In this document: one piece after another, positions 21,203-31,135 of the stretch
Position numbering within the stretch: position 1 is the stretch's first letter
Layout: the number at the start of each line of letters is the position of its first letter
DNA from: Thermoplasmatota archaeon
Lineage (GTDB): Archaea > Thermoplasmatota > Thermoplasmata > Thermoplasmatales > ARK-15
Length of the DNA: 41,415 bases
Reading direction: 5' to 3'
NCBI GenBank assembly: GCA_031961865.1
Contig: JAVRLB010000003.1
Span: 1 to 41,415 of the forward strand
Notes under the pieces: generated by a model
The model's database searches: none
What the model was told of the DNA's origin: nothing
Seen by the model: only the letters and a program-made list of their open reading frames with translations
Position numbers and translations under genes: made by a program

Positions 21203-21209
21203 ATAAACT

Positions 21210-21809
21210 ATGAGTGAAAATTTATTGATACCGGAAGAGCAATATTTAACAGCTGGAGTGCATATAGGAACGCAGATAAAGTCAAAGGATATGGTCCCGT
21301 TCATATTTCGTATAAGAAATGATGGATTATATATTTTGAACATAGCTAAGACGAATGAGAGAATTGCGATAGCGGGTAAATTTCTGGCAAAGTTTGAGCC
21401 GTCGGAAATTCTGATTCTCGCACAGAGACAGTATGCTCAGAAACCTGCATCTTTGATGGCAGAAACCATTGGCGCAAAATCAATTTCAGGCAGATTTATA
21501 CCCGGAACGCTGACCAATCCTAGCTTAGCAGGCTATATTGAGCCGCAGGTAATATTTTTAAATGACCCTATCGCAGATAGCCAGGCTTTGAAAGAGGCAC
21601 TGCAAGTAGGTGTTCCAATTATTGCACTTTGCGACGCAAATAATCAGATCTCGTTTATAGATCTTGTGATACCTACAAATAACAAAGGCAGAAAAGCGTT
21701 AGCGCTCGTATACTGGTTGCTTACCCGAGAAATTCTAAAAAACAGAGGCGATTTAAAATCGTACGAAGATTATAGCCTGAAAGTGGAGGACTTTGAGGCA
21801 CCTATATGA
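21210..21809 (+). CDS. rps2: 30S ribosomal protein S2 (uS2)
   Basis: AGVHIGT, GRFIPGTLTNP, IPTNNKGRKAL. Confidence 0.97.
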   Translation: MSENLLIPEEQYLTAGVHIGTQIKSKDMVPFIFRIRNDGLYILNIAKTNERIAIAGKFLAKFEPSEILILAQRQYAQKPASLMAETIGAKSISGRFIPGTLTNPSLAGYIEPQVIFLNDPIADSQALKEALQVGVPIIALCDANNQISFIDLVIPTNNKGRKALALVYWLLTREILKNRGDLKSYEDYSLKVEDFEAPI

Positions 21810-22624
21810 GAAATTCTGCTGTAGCAGGGCAGTTCTATCCAGAGGATAAAGAAGATCTAAAAAATTTGATCAGAGAAGTTTTTTTGCACAATATAGGCCC
21901 TGGAAAAATTGCATCTCTAGCAGTTTCAGGGCCAAGAAATATTATAGGCGGCATAGTGCCTCATGCAGGATATATTTATTCAGGGCCTGTGGCTGCTCAT
22001 TTTTATAATGCTTTAGCAGAGGATGGTTTTCCAGAGTCTTTTATTATAATAGGGCCAAATCATTATGGTATAGGGCCAGGTGTAGCAATAACCACACAAG
22101 ATTTCAAAACGCCGCTGGGTATAGTCAAAAATGACCCAGAGCTTTCAAGGATGATATATAGGGATTTTGTAGATTCAGATGTCAATGCTCATTTATACGA
22201 GCATTCAATAGAGGTACAGTTACCTTATTTACAATTTTTTAAAACAAATATAAAATTCGTTCCTATTTTAATGTTAGATCAAAGTTATGAAACCGCTGTA
22301 AAATTAGGAGAAATTATAAAAAATGCAATAAATGGAAAGGATGTTGTGGTAATAGCGTCGTCCGATTTTTCGCATTATGTACCAAAAGAGATAGCCTATA
22401 AAAATGATCATTTGCTCATAGAAAAAATTATAAAGATGGATCTCTCTAACTTTTACAGTACACTGTTAAAATATGATATATCTGCATGTGGATATGGCCC
22501 GATGATGGCCATGCTGTACGCATTAAAAGGCAAGCCAAGTCTTTTAAAATATGCGACCAGTGGCGATGTATCGAGAATGGACAAAGTGGTCGGATATACT
22601 GCAATTAAAGTAGATAGAAGGTGA
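21806..22624 (+). CDS. MEMO1-family protein (AmmeMemoRadiSam protein B)
   Basis: AVAGQFYP, PHAGYIYSG, GPNH, EHSIEVQLP, SSDFSHY, CGYGP. Confidence 0.93.
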   Translation: MRNSAVAGQFYPEDKEDLKNLIREVFLHNIGPGKIASLAVSGPRNIIGGIVPHAGYIYSGPVAAHFYNALAEDGFPESFIIIGPNHYGIGPGVAITTQDFKTPLGIVKNDPELSRMIYRDFVDSDVNAHLYEHSIEVQLPYLQFFKTNIKFVPILMLDQSYETAVKLGEIIKNAINGKDVVVIASSDFSHYVPKEIAYKNDHLLIEKIIKMDLSNFYSTLLKYDISACGYGPMMAMLYALKGKPSLLKYATSGDVSRMDKVVGYTAIKVDRR

Positions 22625-22628
22625 TTTT

Positions 22629-24044
22629 ATGGCACAAAAAAAAGAGAATTTAGAAAAGAAATTGAGTTTGAACAGAGAAAATGGTTGGAACAGGGTCTCG
22701 GAAAAAGAGAAAAAAGAGATTCACGAGTTTGCAAAAGAGTACCGGCAATTTTTAAATACTGTAAAAACAGAGCGTGAAGCGGTCAGCTACTTTGTAGATA
22801 GAGCAGAAAAGATAGGTTTTAAAGACCTGCACACAGTAAAATCTATTGAACCTGGCTCTAGATTATACATAACCAAAAATCATAAAGTAGCAGCATTTAT
22901 CGTGATTGGAAAAAAACCGTTGTTAGAAGGTATCAGATACATAGTATCACACATTGATTCACCAAGGCTGGATTTAAAACCCAATCCATTGATCGAGGAT
23001 TCTGATTCATCAACGGCGCTTTTAAAGACTCATTACTATGGTGGCATAAAAAAGTATCAGTGGGTCAGCAGGCCTCTGGCCATTCATGGAACGGTAGTTA
23101 CTAAAGAAGGAAAAAAGATAGACCTAAAAATCGGAGAATCTGAAGAAGATCCAGTATTTGTGATACCTGACATAGAACCTCATTTAGCGCGAAAAGTACA
23201 GGGTGAAAAAAAGCTATTTGAGGGATTTGAGGGCGAAGACTTACAGATTCTAGTATCGAGTGTACCGATAAATGATGAAGAGATAAAAGCAAAGGTAAAA
23301 ACTGCGGTTTTAAACAATCTTTTTGAAAGATATGGAATAATGGAGCAAGATTTTCAGTCTGCGGACATTGAGATAGTGCCAGCAGATAAAGCCAGAGACG
23401 TGGGGCTGGATAATAGCATGGTTGGAGCCTACGGTCAAGATGACAGGATCTGTGCTTATACTTCGTTCCGGACTATTATAGATTTAAAGGTGCCTGAGTA
23501 TACTTCGATAATAATAGTATATGATAAAGAAGAGATTGGCAGTGCTGGCAGCAGCGGTGCAAGATCCAACTTTATAGATTATGTTGCCACCACATTACTC
23601 GGCAAAGCATTAAAAGAATATACGTACGGTGATTTTGTGTCTATGATGCACAATTCCAAAGCTATAAGCGCAGATGTTAATGCTGCCCTTAATCCATTAT
23701 ACAAGCAGGTGCAAGACCTTGCAAATGCCGCAAAAGTAGGATATGGTACCATAATAACAAAGTATACAGGCAGTGGCGGAAAGTACAATAGCAGCGAGGC
23801 TAATGCTGAATATCTAGCATACCTGCGCAATCTTTTTGATTCGAAGGGCGTAATATATCAAAGTGGGTTGCTTGGTAAAGTTGACGAAGGTGGTGGCGGT
23901 ACTATTGCACAGGACTTTGCAAAATACGGAATGGATGTGATAGACATGGGCCCAGGCTTACTTTCTATGCATTCTCCTTTCGAACTGGTAAGCAAGCTGG
24001 ATCTGTGGAGCACCTATCGCGCTTTCAAAACATTTTTACTTTAA
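22629..24044 (+). CDS. M18-family aminopeptidase
   Basis: KTERE, SHIDSPRLDLKP, HYYGGIKKYQW, GQDDR, DKEEIGS, SMHSP. Confidence 0.92.
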   Translation: MAQKKENLEKKLSLNRENGWNRVSEKEKKEIHEFAKEYRQFLNTVKTEREAVSYFVDRAEKIGFKDLHTVKSIEPGSRLYITKNHKVAAFIVIGKKPLLEGIRYIVSHIDSPRLDLKPNPLIEDSDSSTALLKTHYYGGIKKYQWVSRPLAIHGTVVTKEGKKIDLKIGESEEDPVFVIPDIEPHLARKVQGEKKLFEGFEGEDLQILVSSVPINDEEIKAKVKTAVLNNLFERYGIMEQDFQSADIEIVPADKARDVGLDNSMVGAYGQDDRICAYTSFRTIIDLKVPEYTSIIIVYDKEEIGSAGSSGARSNFIDYVATTLLGKALKEYTYGDFVSMMHNSKAISADVNAALNPLYKQVQDLANAAKVGYGTIITKYTGSGGKYNSSEANAEYLAYLRNLFDSKGVIYQSGLLGKVDEGGGGTIAQDFAKYGMDVIDMGPGLLSMHSPFELVSKLDLWSTYRAFKTFLL

Positions 24045-24060
24045 TTTTTTTGTGATAAAC

Positions 24061-24498
24061 ATGGATTTTTTAACAATATTAAAAAATACAAAGACTATCG
24101 CTGTTATCGGTGCTTCCAAAGATCCAAAAAAGCCGAGCAGATCAGTTATGAGATACTTGATGAGGCATGGTTATGTCTGCTATCCTGTCAATCCTACAGC
24201 AAACGAAATTGCAGGATTAAAATCATACAAGTCCATTATAGATATTCCTGTTGATATCGATGTGGCAGAAGTGTTCTTGCCTTCTGAACGTGTCAATGAT
24301 GTGATAGACGATATTATAAAAAAGAAAGTAAAAGTGTTATGGTTACAGGAGGGCATTATTAACGAAAAAGCAGCAGAATTAGCTAGGAAAAACGGTATTG
24401 AAGTGGTTATGGATCGATGCATGATGAAAGAGCATGCCAAGCTCAGGAAAGAAGGACTGATCCATTCTGAGATTTTAGAAATAGAGAAAGACTATTAA
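24061..24498 (+). CDS. CoA-binding protein (YccU-like)
   Basis: IAVIGAS, YPVNP, WLQEGI, VMDRC. Confidence 0.9.
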   Translation: MDFLTILKNTKTIAVIGASKDPKKPSRSVMRYLMRHGYVCYPVNPTANEIAGLKSYKSIIDIPVDIDVAEVFLPSERVNDVIDDIIKKKVKVLWLQEGIINEKAAELARKNGIEVVMDRCMMKEHAKLRKEGLIHSEILEIEKDY

Positions 24499-24512
24499 CA
24501 GGGATTATTTTA

Positions 24513-25130
24513 ATGTCTTTTTCAATTGTAGCATGGTTTATAACTCAAATAATCTCTTTTTTAGAATATGGTGGCTATTTTAGCGTTTTTACTTTAATGA
24601 CTTTGGAGAGCATGCTTCTACCGATTCCCTCTGAGGTAATATTGCCATTTGCAGGATACCTTGCTTACAGAGGGTCCATGAACATGATTCTGGCTATAGT
24701 AGCAGGCACGTTAGGTGGACTGACAGGGTCTCTGATCAGTTATGGAATTGGCTATTATGGCGGCAGACCGTTTATTATAAAGTTTGGAAGATATATAATG
24801 TTGAGAGAGCAAGAGCTTTCAGTTGTAGAAAACTGGTTTAAAAAATATGGATCTATCTCTGTATTTTTGACAAGACTGGTACCGATATTCAGAACTTTTA
24901 TCTCTATTCCGGCAGGAATAGGAGAAATGAATATCTTCAAATTTACAATTTACACAACCCTGGGATCACTAATATGGAGCATAGTTCTTGTCTATCTCGG
25001 TTTTATGCTTGGAAAAAATTGGATTGTTATTTTCGGATTTTTCAGTGCGTTAGATTACGTAGTTTACGCAGTAGCTATAGCCATAATACTATATTTAGGG
25101 TACCGGGCATATAAAGCATGGCAAAAATAA
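24513..25130 (+). CDS. DedA-family membrane protein
   Basis: LESMLLPIPSEVILPFAG, RLVPIFRTFISIPAG. Confidence 0.93.
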   Translation: MSFSIVAWFITQIISFLEYGGYFSVFTLMTLESMLLPIPSEVILPFAGYLAYRGSMNMILAIVAGTLGGLTGSLISYGIGYYGGRPFIIKFGRYIMLREQELSVVENWFKKYGSISVFLTRLVPIFRTFISIPAGIGEMNIFKFTIYTTLGSLIWSIVLVYLGFMLGKNWIVIFGFFSALDYVVYAVAIAIILYLGYRAYKAWQK

Positions 25131-25135
25131 AAAAA

Positions 25136-25492
25136 TTAGAGAAATTTTTTTAGGCCTGCAATATTAGAATCTACGAGATCTATTTTGGATTTCAGGTCTC
25201 TTTCTATATCTTCAATGATCTCTTTGAAGGGCTTGGATAATCTATATCCAAAAACAGGCCTGCCTTTTCCTTCTTTTTTAATATCTCTTTTTATGATCCA
25301 CTGCTTTTTTTCCAACCACTGCATAGCTATAGACACTTCTGGCTGTCTTAGCCCCGTAGCACGTTCTATTTCTACAGACGTGGTTTCTTGCACCTTTCGT
25401 AAATATGATATTGTTTTACCGATATTTTTCTTAATGCCAGCAGACACAAGAAAATTTACCAATTCTTCATCTTCTTTTGTGAATTCAACCAT
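25136..25492 (-). CDS. Archaeal winged-helix transcriptional regulator
   Basis: SVEIERATGLRQPEVSIAM HTH and a KGRP wing. ATG at 25492 is preceded by a GGTGA RBS. Confidence 0.85.
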   Translation of the reverse strand: MVEFTKEDEELVNFLVSAGIKKNIGKTISYLRKVQETTSVEIERATGLRQPEVSIAMQWLEKKQWIIKRDIKKEGKGRPVFGYRLSKPFKEIIEDIERDLKSKIDLVDSNIAGLKKFL

Positions 25493-25656
25493 ATAATTCA
25501 CCTGAATATATATATAAAATCAAGTATATAAGAATTTCTAATATTCAATTCTTTATATTTAAAAGTTAGATTTAAATTTACTGAAAGTTAAGAAAGTTCT
25601 TAGTATTTACGTCATTCTATAAAGTTTTAAATATTTTATCAACATTTCAGCTCGAG

Positions 25657-25959
25657 ATGATAATTGAACAGATCAAACTAAAAAATCAGACTGCTTTAGG
25701 CATAAAATTGGATTTAGACCATGCACCTTTGCTGATCATTAAAGCTAAAAAAGGATATCTTATGTGCGGATATTTGAACCTAAACGTTTCTTCAAAACTT
25801 GGCGATGTTGCTGCAAGAGTTACTGGCGTTAAAAGCTTTGAAGATATGCTTAACGCAAAGATTTCTGAATTTTCTGAACCTGCGCAGAAAATGGGGTTTA
25901 AAGATGGGATTACTGGCTTAGATTTTTTGAATGGACTTGATGAACATGATTCAGTTTGA
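25657..25959 (+). CDS. YunC/DUF1805-family protein
   Basis: LLIIKAKKGYLMCGYLN, AARVTGV. TATA-like TTTTAAATA about 25 nt upstream suggests a leaderless transcript. Confidence 0.85.
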   Translation: MIIEQIKLKNQTALGIKLDLDHAPLLIIKAKKGYLMCGYLNLNVSSKLGDVAARVTGVKSFEDMLNAKISEFSEPAQKMGFKDGITGLDFLNGLDEHDSV

Positions 25960-27154
25960 GGATATCAAGAAAGCAGAACAGGCCTTGAAAAATGTAGTTA
26001 AACATACTCCTGTAGAACATTCTAGAATATTCTCAGAGCTCACAGGCAATAATGTTTACTTGAAACTGGAAAATTTACAGACTACTGGCTCTTTTAAACT
26101 CAGAGGCGCATATTATAGGCTCAAAAATTTAACAGCGGAAGAAAAAAAGAGAGGAGTGGTTGCTTCTAGTGCGGGCAATCATGCTCAGGGAGTTGCGTAT
26201 TCTGCAACTTCTTTAGGAATATCATCTACGATCTTTATGCCAATCTTCACGCCTCCTATGAAAGTGATCGCCACTAAAAGTTACGGTGCTGAAGTAAGAT
26301 TAGTAGGTAACACCTATGATGATACATACATAGAAGCTATTGCTTTTGCCAAAAATGAAAACAAGAAATTTATACATCCATTTAACGATGAGCTTTTAAT
26401 AGCTGGTCAGGGAACTATAGGACTGGAGATGTTTGAGCAGGTAAAGGATCTTGATGCAGTTTTAGTGCCTATTGGTGGTGGAGGATTGATATCTGGAATT
26501 GCGCTGGCTCTTAAATCACTTAATAAAAATATCAGGGTAATAGGTGTGGAAGCAGAAGGTGCTCAATCTATGAAAATTTCAGTTGAGCAAAACCATATTG
26601 TTCCTCTAAAAAACCTGGACACAATTGCAGACGGAATTGCAGTTAAGACCCCTGGAGATATCACTTTTGAGCTTGTCAAAAAATATGTGGATGAACTGGT
26701 CTCTGTTAGCGATGCAGAGATATCCACAGCCATTTACATGCTCTTAAGCCGTGGCAAAATCATAGCTGAACCTGCGGGAGCAGTTACCCTGGCTGCGCTT
26801 TTATCAGGCAGGATCAATTTGAAAAATAAGAATATCTGTGCGCTTATTAGTGGCGGTAACATAAATTTAAGCTTGTTGACTCAGATCATAGAAAAAGGGT
26901 TGACAGAAGAGAAACTTTTAACGCGGGTTTCTATAATTATACCTGACAAACCCGGAGCTTTAAAAGATATCTTGAACTTTATCTCTAATTTAAAAGCGAA
27001 TGTGCAGGCTATAGAGGCAGATAGGCTTGATAGAGACATAGCTGTAGGAATGGTAAAAATCATTATCACGCTTCAAACCTTAGGTACGTACCATATTAGT
27101 TCACTCGAAAAGTTTTTCAGCGAAAATAACATCAAATATGAGATCATCAGTTAA
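25940..27154 (+). CDS. ilvA: Threonine ammonia-lyase with C-terminal ACT domain
   Basis: KLENLQTTGSFKLRGA, SAGNHAQG, PIGGGGLISG, SGGNI, PDKPGAL. Start uncertain (25931, 25940 or 25946). Confidence 0.93.
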   Translation: MNMIQFEDIKKAEQALKNVVKHTPVEHSRIFSELTGNNVYLKLENLQTTGSFKLRGAYYRLKNLTAEEKKRGVVASSAGNHAQGVAYSATSLGISSTIFMPIFTPPMKVIATKSYGAEVRLVGNTYDDTYIEAIAFAKNENKKFIHPFNDELLIAGQGTIGLEMFEQVKDLDAVLVPIGGGGLISGIALALKSLNKNIRVIGVEAEGAQSMKISVEQNHIVPLKNLDTIADGIAVKTPGDITFELVKKYVDELVSVSDAEISTAIYMLLSRGKIIAEPAGAVTLAALLSGRINLKNKNICALISGGNINLSLLTQIIEKGLTEEKLLTRVSIIIPDKPGALKDILNFISNLKANVQAIEADRLDRDIAVGMVKIIITLQTLGTYHISSLEKFFSENNIKYEIIS

Positions 27155-28457
27155 ATCTCACATACTTGTCCAGTTCTTCTTTTGCAACTTCTCTTTTTTC
27201 CTTTAAGTCTTTCAGAAACAGGTTGATTTTTTCAATAGCTTCTTTTTTACAGTTTCCGCACAGTCTGGTGCCTGCTTTGCACGTGTCATGTACCTCTTTT
27301 AGATAATTATCATCATCTACAAGATGATAAACATAATATTCGTATACTGAACATTCTTCAGGCTTACCACCAAATTTGCGATGCTCTTCAACAGTTGAGC
27401 CTCCACCAGTTTTGGCGTTCATCATCTTTTTCTTTACATCTGCAGGCTCTTCACTTAAAGATATATATGATTCTGGAACCGAAGAAGACATTTTTCTGGT
27501 ACCATCCAGAGAACTCATCAGTCTATGATATGTGGCTGCAGGCAAATAAAAACCGTAGCCACCTTCTTGCTTTTCTATCTCTAATAGCTTTTTTTCGATT
27601 ATAGATTGCTTTGCAAAATCAAAGTTTTTTATGTAAAGTGCCTTATATGGTATGTTTAATTCTATCTCTTTAATTCCAATTTTTTTAAGGTTGTCTGATA
27701 CAGTATTTAAAAGCTCTGCAACGTTATTATCTTGCTTTATAAAAATTCCCAGCCCGTTATCCGTTTGCTGGACACTGAAAAAACTGACCCTTCTCGTAAA
27801 CTCCCTGGCCAATCTTATGTGCGGGTCCTGGTCTATGCCCACCGGCACCACGGTAGGGATCGGACCTGAATATTTGTCAAGCTGAACATGCAGAATATCT
27901 CCTGACTGTACTAACGGACTTTCAACGTGCGCTAACGAGGTTTCATCTTTAAACCCATAGATACCTTTCATCTCAGATATATTGGTTCGTTTCGAAAAAA
28001 TAAATGCTAGATCTGTAACGTCCTTTCTGAGCGACTGAAAATAGATCTGTGAATGCTCTGGTTTTAGCCCTAATGCAATATAATTTAAAAAATACTCTTC
28101 TTCTGCGATTTTCAGAGTTTCTTTAAAACTTTTTCCTCGCGTAGCATATGCTTCTAGATCCGCAACCGCGATGTATATATCTGCACCTAAAGATTGGTAA
28201 TATATTACCTGGTCAATTGTCATTTTATGACCAAAATGCATCTTGCCAGATGGCATCAATCCTGTTAAAACCGCAAACTTCTCGTGATTGACTATTGCAT
28301 CGTAAACGGTATCAAACCCTCTGTGCCCGAATATTATATTTCTCCTGAACAGTTTTTGCGGATCTGGCAATTTAAAATTAAACTCTTCTATTCCAAACTC
28401 TCTTCGAAGCCTGTTATAATCAATAAACTGCTGGGATGACCAAGGATCTATAAACAT
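27147..28457 (-). CDS. trpS: Tryptophanyl-tRNA synthetase (archaeal type)
   Basis: TGLMPSGKMHFGH (HIGH-like), GIDQDPH, KMSSS, and a C-terminal Cys cluster. Confidence 0.95.
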   Translation of the reverse strand: MFIDPWSSQQFIDYNRLRREFGIEEFNFKLPDPQKLFRRNIIFGHRGFDTVYDAIVNHEKFAVLTGLMPSGKMHFGHKMTIDQVIYYQSLGADIYIAVADLEAYATRGKSFKETLKIAEEEYFLNYIALGLKPEHSQIYFQSLRKDVTDLAFIFSKRTNISEMKGIYGFKDETSLAHVESPLVQSGDILHVQLDKYSGPIPTVVPVGIDQDPHIRLAREFTRRVSFFSVQQTDNGLGIFIKQDNNVAELLNTVSDNLKKIGIKEIELNIPYKALYIKNFDFAKQSIIEKKLLEIEKQEGGYGFYLPAATYHRLMSSLDGTRKMSSSVPESYISLSEEPADVKKKMMNAKTGGGSTVEEHRKFGGKPEECSVYEYYVYHLVDDDNYLKEVHDTCKAGTRLCGNCKKEAIEKINLFLKDLKEKREVAKEELDKYVRFN

Positions 28458-28492
28458 AGAAAAAAGAATAAAAAGTAATTATTTAATAGTTT

Positions 28493-29452
28493 CTATCTTA
28501 TTTCCTGCATTACTTTTAATGTATTGCCGTCTAACGTAAATACCATTGTCTCTTTTCCTTTGTACAAATATTTCAATACCCAGATAGGCACATGCAATAA
28601 CTCCCCATCTGAAACATTTACGTTAGTCTGTATTGACTGAATCATATGGTGCTCTGAATGTGCTTTTTTATCCTGCAGCTGATTTATATAACCTTTCGCA
28701 GAATTTTTGGCAGCCTCTTCTCCTAGGTCTCCATTCAAAACTTTTATATTTTTTGGTATTTTGGTCGTATCAAACAATTCTCTGTTCTGTATATTAAATT
28801 GATAATCTAACGCCTGGTACTGCTGATATCCTTTAACAGCGACCACGGGATACTGATATTCTCCATGTATCGTATAACTCTTTTTTATGTCTACGGGTGC
28901 ACCTACAGCAAGTATGGGCCCGCGACCACGACTTACCGCACTGCTCAAAGCTGCCGCAGCAACCATTGTACCAACTGTCGTAGCTATGCTCTCTCCTGTT
29001 TCTGAAGCCACATAAGTTGTAGTTGCAGTTGCCGGTATTATCCAGTATGGTACCATGCTCACAGAGATCTCCTTTAATTCAGAATGCTCAGCTACATGCT
29101 TGTGAAATATACCTTTATCCATCCATTCTTTTACTATCTCTATGACCTGATTGTTGTCGAGTGTCTTTGGTGGTAACATAGTATGGCTCTGAATCTGTTT
29201 CCAGCCCTCATTCGAAAGCGTGATAGAACTGCCACAGTACTCACAGGTAATTATCATCTCTCCAAACTTCGGAGAAAATGGCGCACCGCAGTTTGGACAT
29301 TTCAGCTCTTTGAGTATATGTGCCTCTTGAGCTGGTTTTGCCTCTGCCTGCTGAGCAGGTTGCGTTGTAACTTTTGCACCGCATTTATAACAGAATTGCG
29401 CATCATCGGGTAATTGTGCTCCACATTTACTACAGTATATCATTTTTTTCAC
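28493..29452 (-). CDS. Zinc-ribbon protein, YdjG-like
   Basis: CSKC..CYKC and CPNC..CEYC ribbons, then VPYW and HVPIWVLKYLYKGK...DGNTLKV. GTG start overlaps the upstream stop. Confidence 0.75.
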   Translation of the reverse strand: MKKMIYCSKCGAQLPDDAQFCYKCGAKVTTQPAQQAEAKPAQEAHILKELKCPNCGAPFSPKFGEMIITCEYCGSSITLSNEGWKQIQSHTMLPPKTLDNNQVIEIVKEWMDKGIFHKHVAEHSELKEISVSMVPYWIIPATATTTYVASETGESIATTVGTMVAAAALSSAVSRGRGPILAVGAPVDIKKSYTIHGEYQYPVVAVKGYQQYQALDYQFNIQNRELFDTTKIPKNIKVLNGDLGEEAAKNSAKGYINQLQDKKAHSEHHMIQSIQTNVNVSDGELLHVPIWVLKYLYKGKETMVFTLDGNTLKVMQEIR

Positions 29453-30588
29453 GCTCCTGCAATTTTATAACCGCAGTTAGGACAGAATTTTGTACCCACT
29501 GGCACCTCTGCATGACAGTTTGGACATGTTATTGTACCTGACAATTTTGTGCCACAGTTAGGACAGAATTTTGTGCCTGCCGGCACAACAGCCTTGCAAT
29601 TTGGACATGTGATCGTAGCTGCAGCTGGAGTTTGATCCGCACCGCACACAGGACAGTATTTTGCATTGGCATCTATCATAGCTCCACATTTAATGCACTT
29701 TTTTTGATTCTGTTGTTGATACATCTGCCCGGACATCATACCGCCTACACCCATTCCAGCTCCTAACCCTACACCCAATCCTGTCATAGCACCTGCACCT
29801 CCACTTGGATTTTTCGCAGCGTCTACCATTGCTTGACCTGCCTGATATTGCATATAGTTCACTCCCAGAACTGACATTTGAGATCTTAAATCAATTGCTT
29901 TTTGTACCTCATCCGGCAAATTTATAGACAATCCTGATATCTTATTGATTTCCAATCCGTACTGGTCAAAATGCGAGGTTGAATTTGCAAGCACAGCCTG
30001 CTCTATGTTAGTCAGGTTTGCTGCCAGGTCTGTGACTTTCAACCCCTGCGCCTTCATCTTTCCTAACGTATCATATACTAATATTACCATCTGGTCTTTC
30101 ATTCTTGCTTCAACATCTGCAGAGGTTTCAGCATTGAAAGTTCCTACAAACTGATTTATAAAATTCTCTGGATGAGATATTCTATATCTATATTCCCCGA
30201 ATACACGCAGGTTCACTATGCCAAAATCTGCATCGTTGAATATGTATGGCTCTTTGCTGCCAAACTTGCCGTCCAGAAACCTGCGCTGCAGATAATAAAC
30301 TTCAGCTTGCTGTTGAACTCCTGACAAAAATTGGACCAGTTTTCCTGCCACCGGAGCATTTAGTGATGTTAACGCATATCGATCTGGTTTATCAAAATAT
30401 GTTAATACTTTACCATCCCTGAAAAAAACAGCAATTTCATCTTCTCTTACTACTATGTTATCATTTAATCTGATATTTCTTGGAACTTTCCACATAATAT
30501 TGGTCTCTTTGTATTGATCTTCCCATATTATTGTGGTAGCACCTATTACGCTATCGCCACTTCCTACCTGCGCTTGCTTTTTAAACAT
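29449..30588 (-). CDS. SPFH/Band-7 (YdjI-like) protein with three C-terminal CxxC..CxxC ribbons
   Basis: VREDEIAVFFRDG, KFGSKEP...LRVFGEY, INLPDEVQKAID, Gly-rich GLGVGLGAGMG, three zinc-ribbon units. GGAGG RBS. Confidence 0.88.
   Translation of the reverse strand: MFKKQAQVGSGDSVIGATTIIWEDQYKETNIMWKVPRNIRLNDNIVVREDEIAVFFRDGKVLTYFDKPDRYALTSLNAPVAGKLVQFLSGVQQQAEVYYLQRRFLDGKFGSKEPYIFNDADFGIVNLRVFGEYRYRISHPENFINQFVGTFNAETSADVEARMKDQMVILVYDTLGKMKAQGLKVTDLAANLTNIEQAVLANSTSHFDQYGLEINKISGLSINLPDEVQKAIDLRSQMSVLGVNYMQYQAGQAMVDAAKNPSGGAGAMTGLGVGLGAGMGVGGMMSGQMYQQQNQKKCIKCGAMIDANAKYCPVCGADQTPAAATITCPNCKAVVPAGTKFCPNCGTKLSGTITCPNCHAEVPVGTKFCPNCGYKIAGA
29471..29619 (-). repeat. 81-bp-period intragenic tandem repeat (27-aa zinc-ribbon unit)
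   Basis: cc(g/a)cagttaggacagaattttgt occurs at 29471 and 29552. Encodes TITCPNCxAxVPxGTKFCPNCG twice. Confidence 0.85.
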
Positions 30589-30603
30589 AATATATTCCTC
30601 CGT

Positions 30604-31134
30604 TTATACCTTTATACCTTGTATTACTATCATCCTCTCATTAAACTTATCTCTCAGATCCCTTATAGCACCAGATACAGATTGTAGCTTTGCATAGCTA
30701 TCCTGAGAGTTTCCGCTCATCACCGCACTCACAAGTTCCTTTATTTCATTATTTAGTGTATCTGCCTGCGCTATAAAATTATAATCATACTCGTACATCG
30801 CATTAAGATTTTCTGCCGTAATTCGAATAGGCGGCGAGATCCCGGAGTATCCTTGCTGTGCATGTCTTATCGCTCCTTCCAATTGCTGGATCTCAGAGAA
30901 CAGTGTTTGAAACTGGGATAATCCTGCATACAAGCCTCTGTCTACAAGCATTTTTCTTAAATCCTGAAGGCTGTTTATGTTTTCATGCACTCTATTTGCA
31001 ATCTGGATTCTAAGATAATTATCTGCTTCTCTTATATCTTCTAATTTCCTATACCCTGAATATCCTGGTATTAATAACTGCAACTTCTTTAAAACTCCTC
31101 TGCTATCTTCGACCTGATCTCTTATATCTGCCAT
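30604..31134 (-). CDS. Conserved hypothetical alpha-helical protein
   Basis: IPGYSGYRKLEDIREAD, GYSG, YEYD; predicted helical. ATG at 31134 is preceded by a GAGGTG RBS. Confidence 0.8.
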   Translation of the reverse strand: MADIRDQVEDSRGVLKKLQLLIPGYSGYRKLEDIREADNYLRIQIANRVHENINSLQDLRKMLVDRGLYAGLSQFQTLFSEIQQLEGAIRHAQQGYSGISPPIRITAENLNAMYEYDYNFIAQADTLNNEIKELVSAVMSGNSQDSYAKLQSVSGAIRDLRDKFNERMIVIQGIKV

Positions 31135-31135
31135 A

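Noticed and set aside
27570-27790. Insertion in TrpRS before KMSSS as a possible intein
   Set aside because: No C/S...HN-C/S/T splice motifs. A similar insert is a known feature of many euryarchaeal TrpRS.
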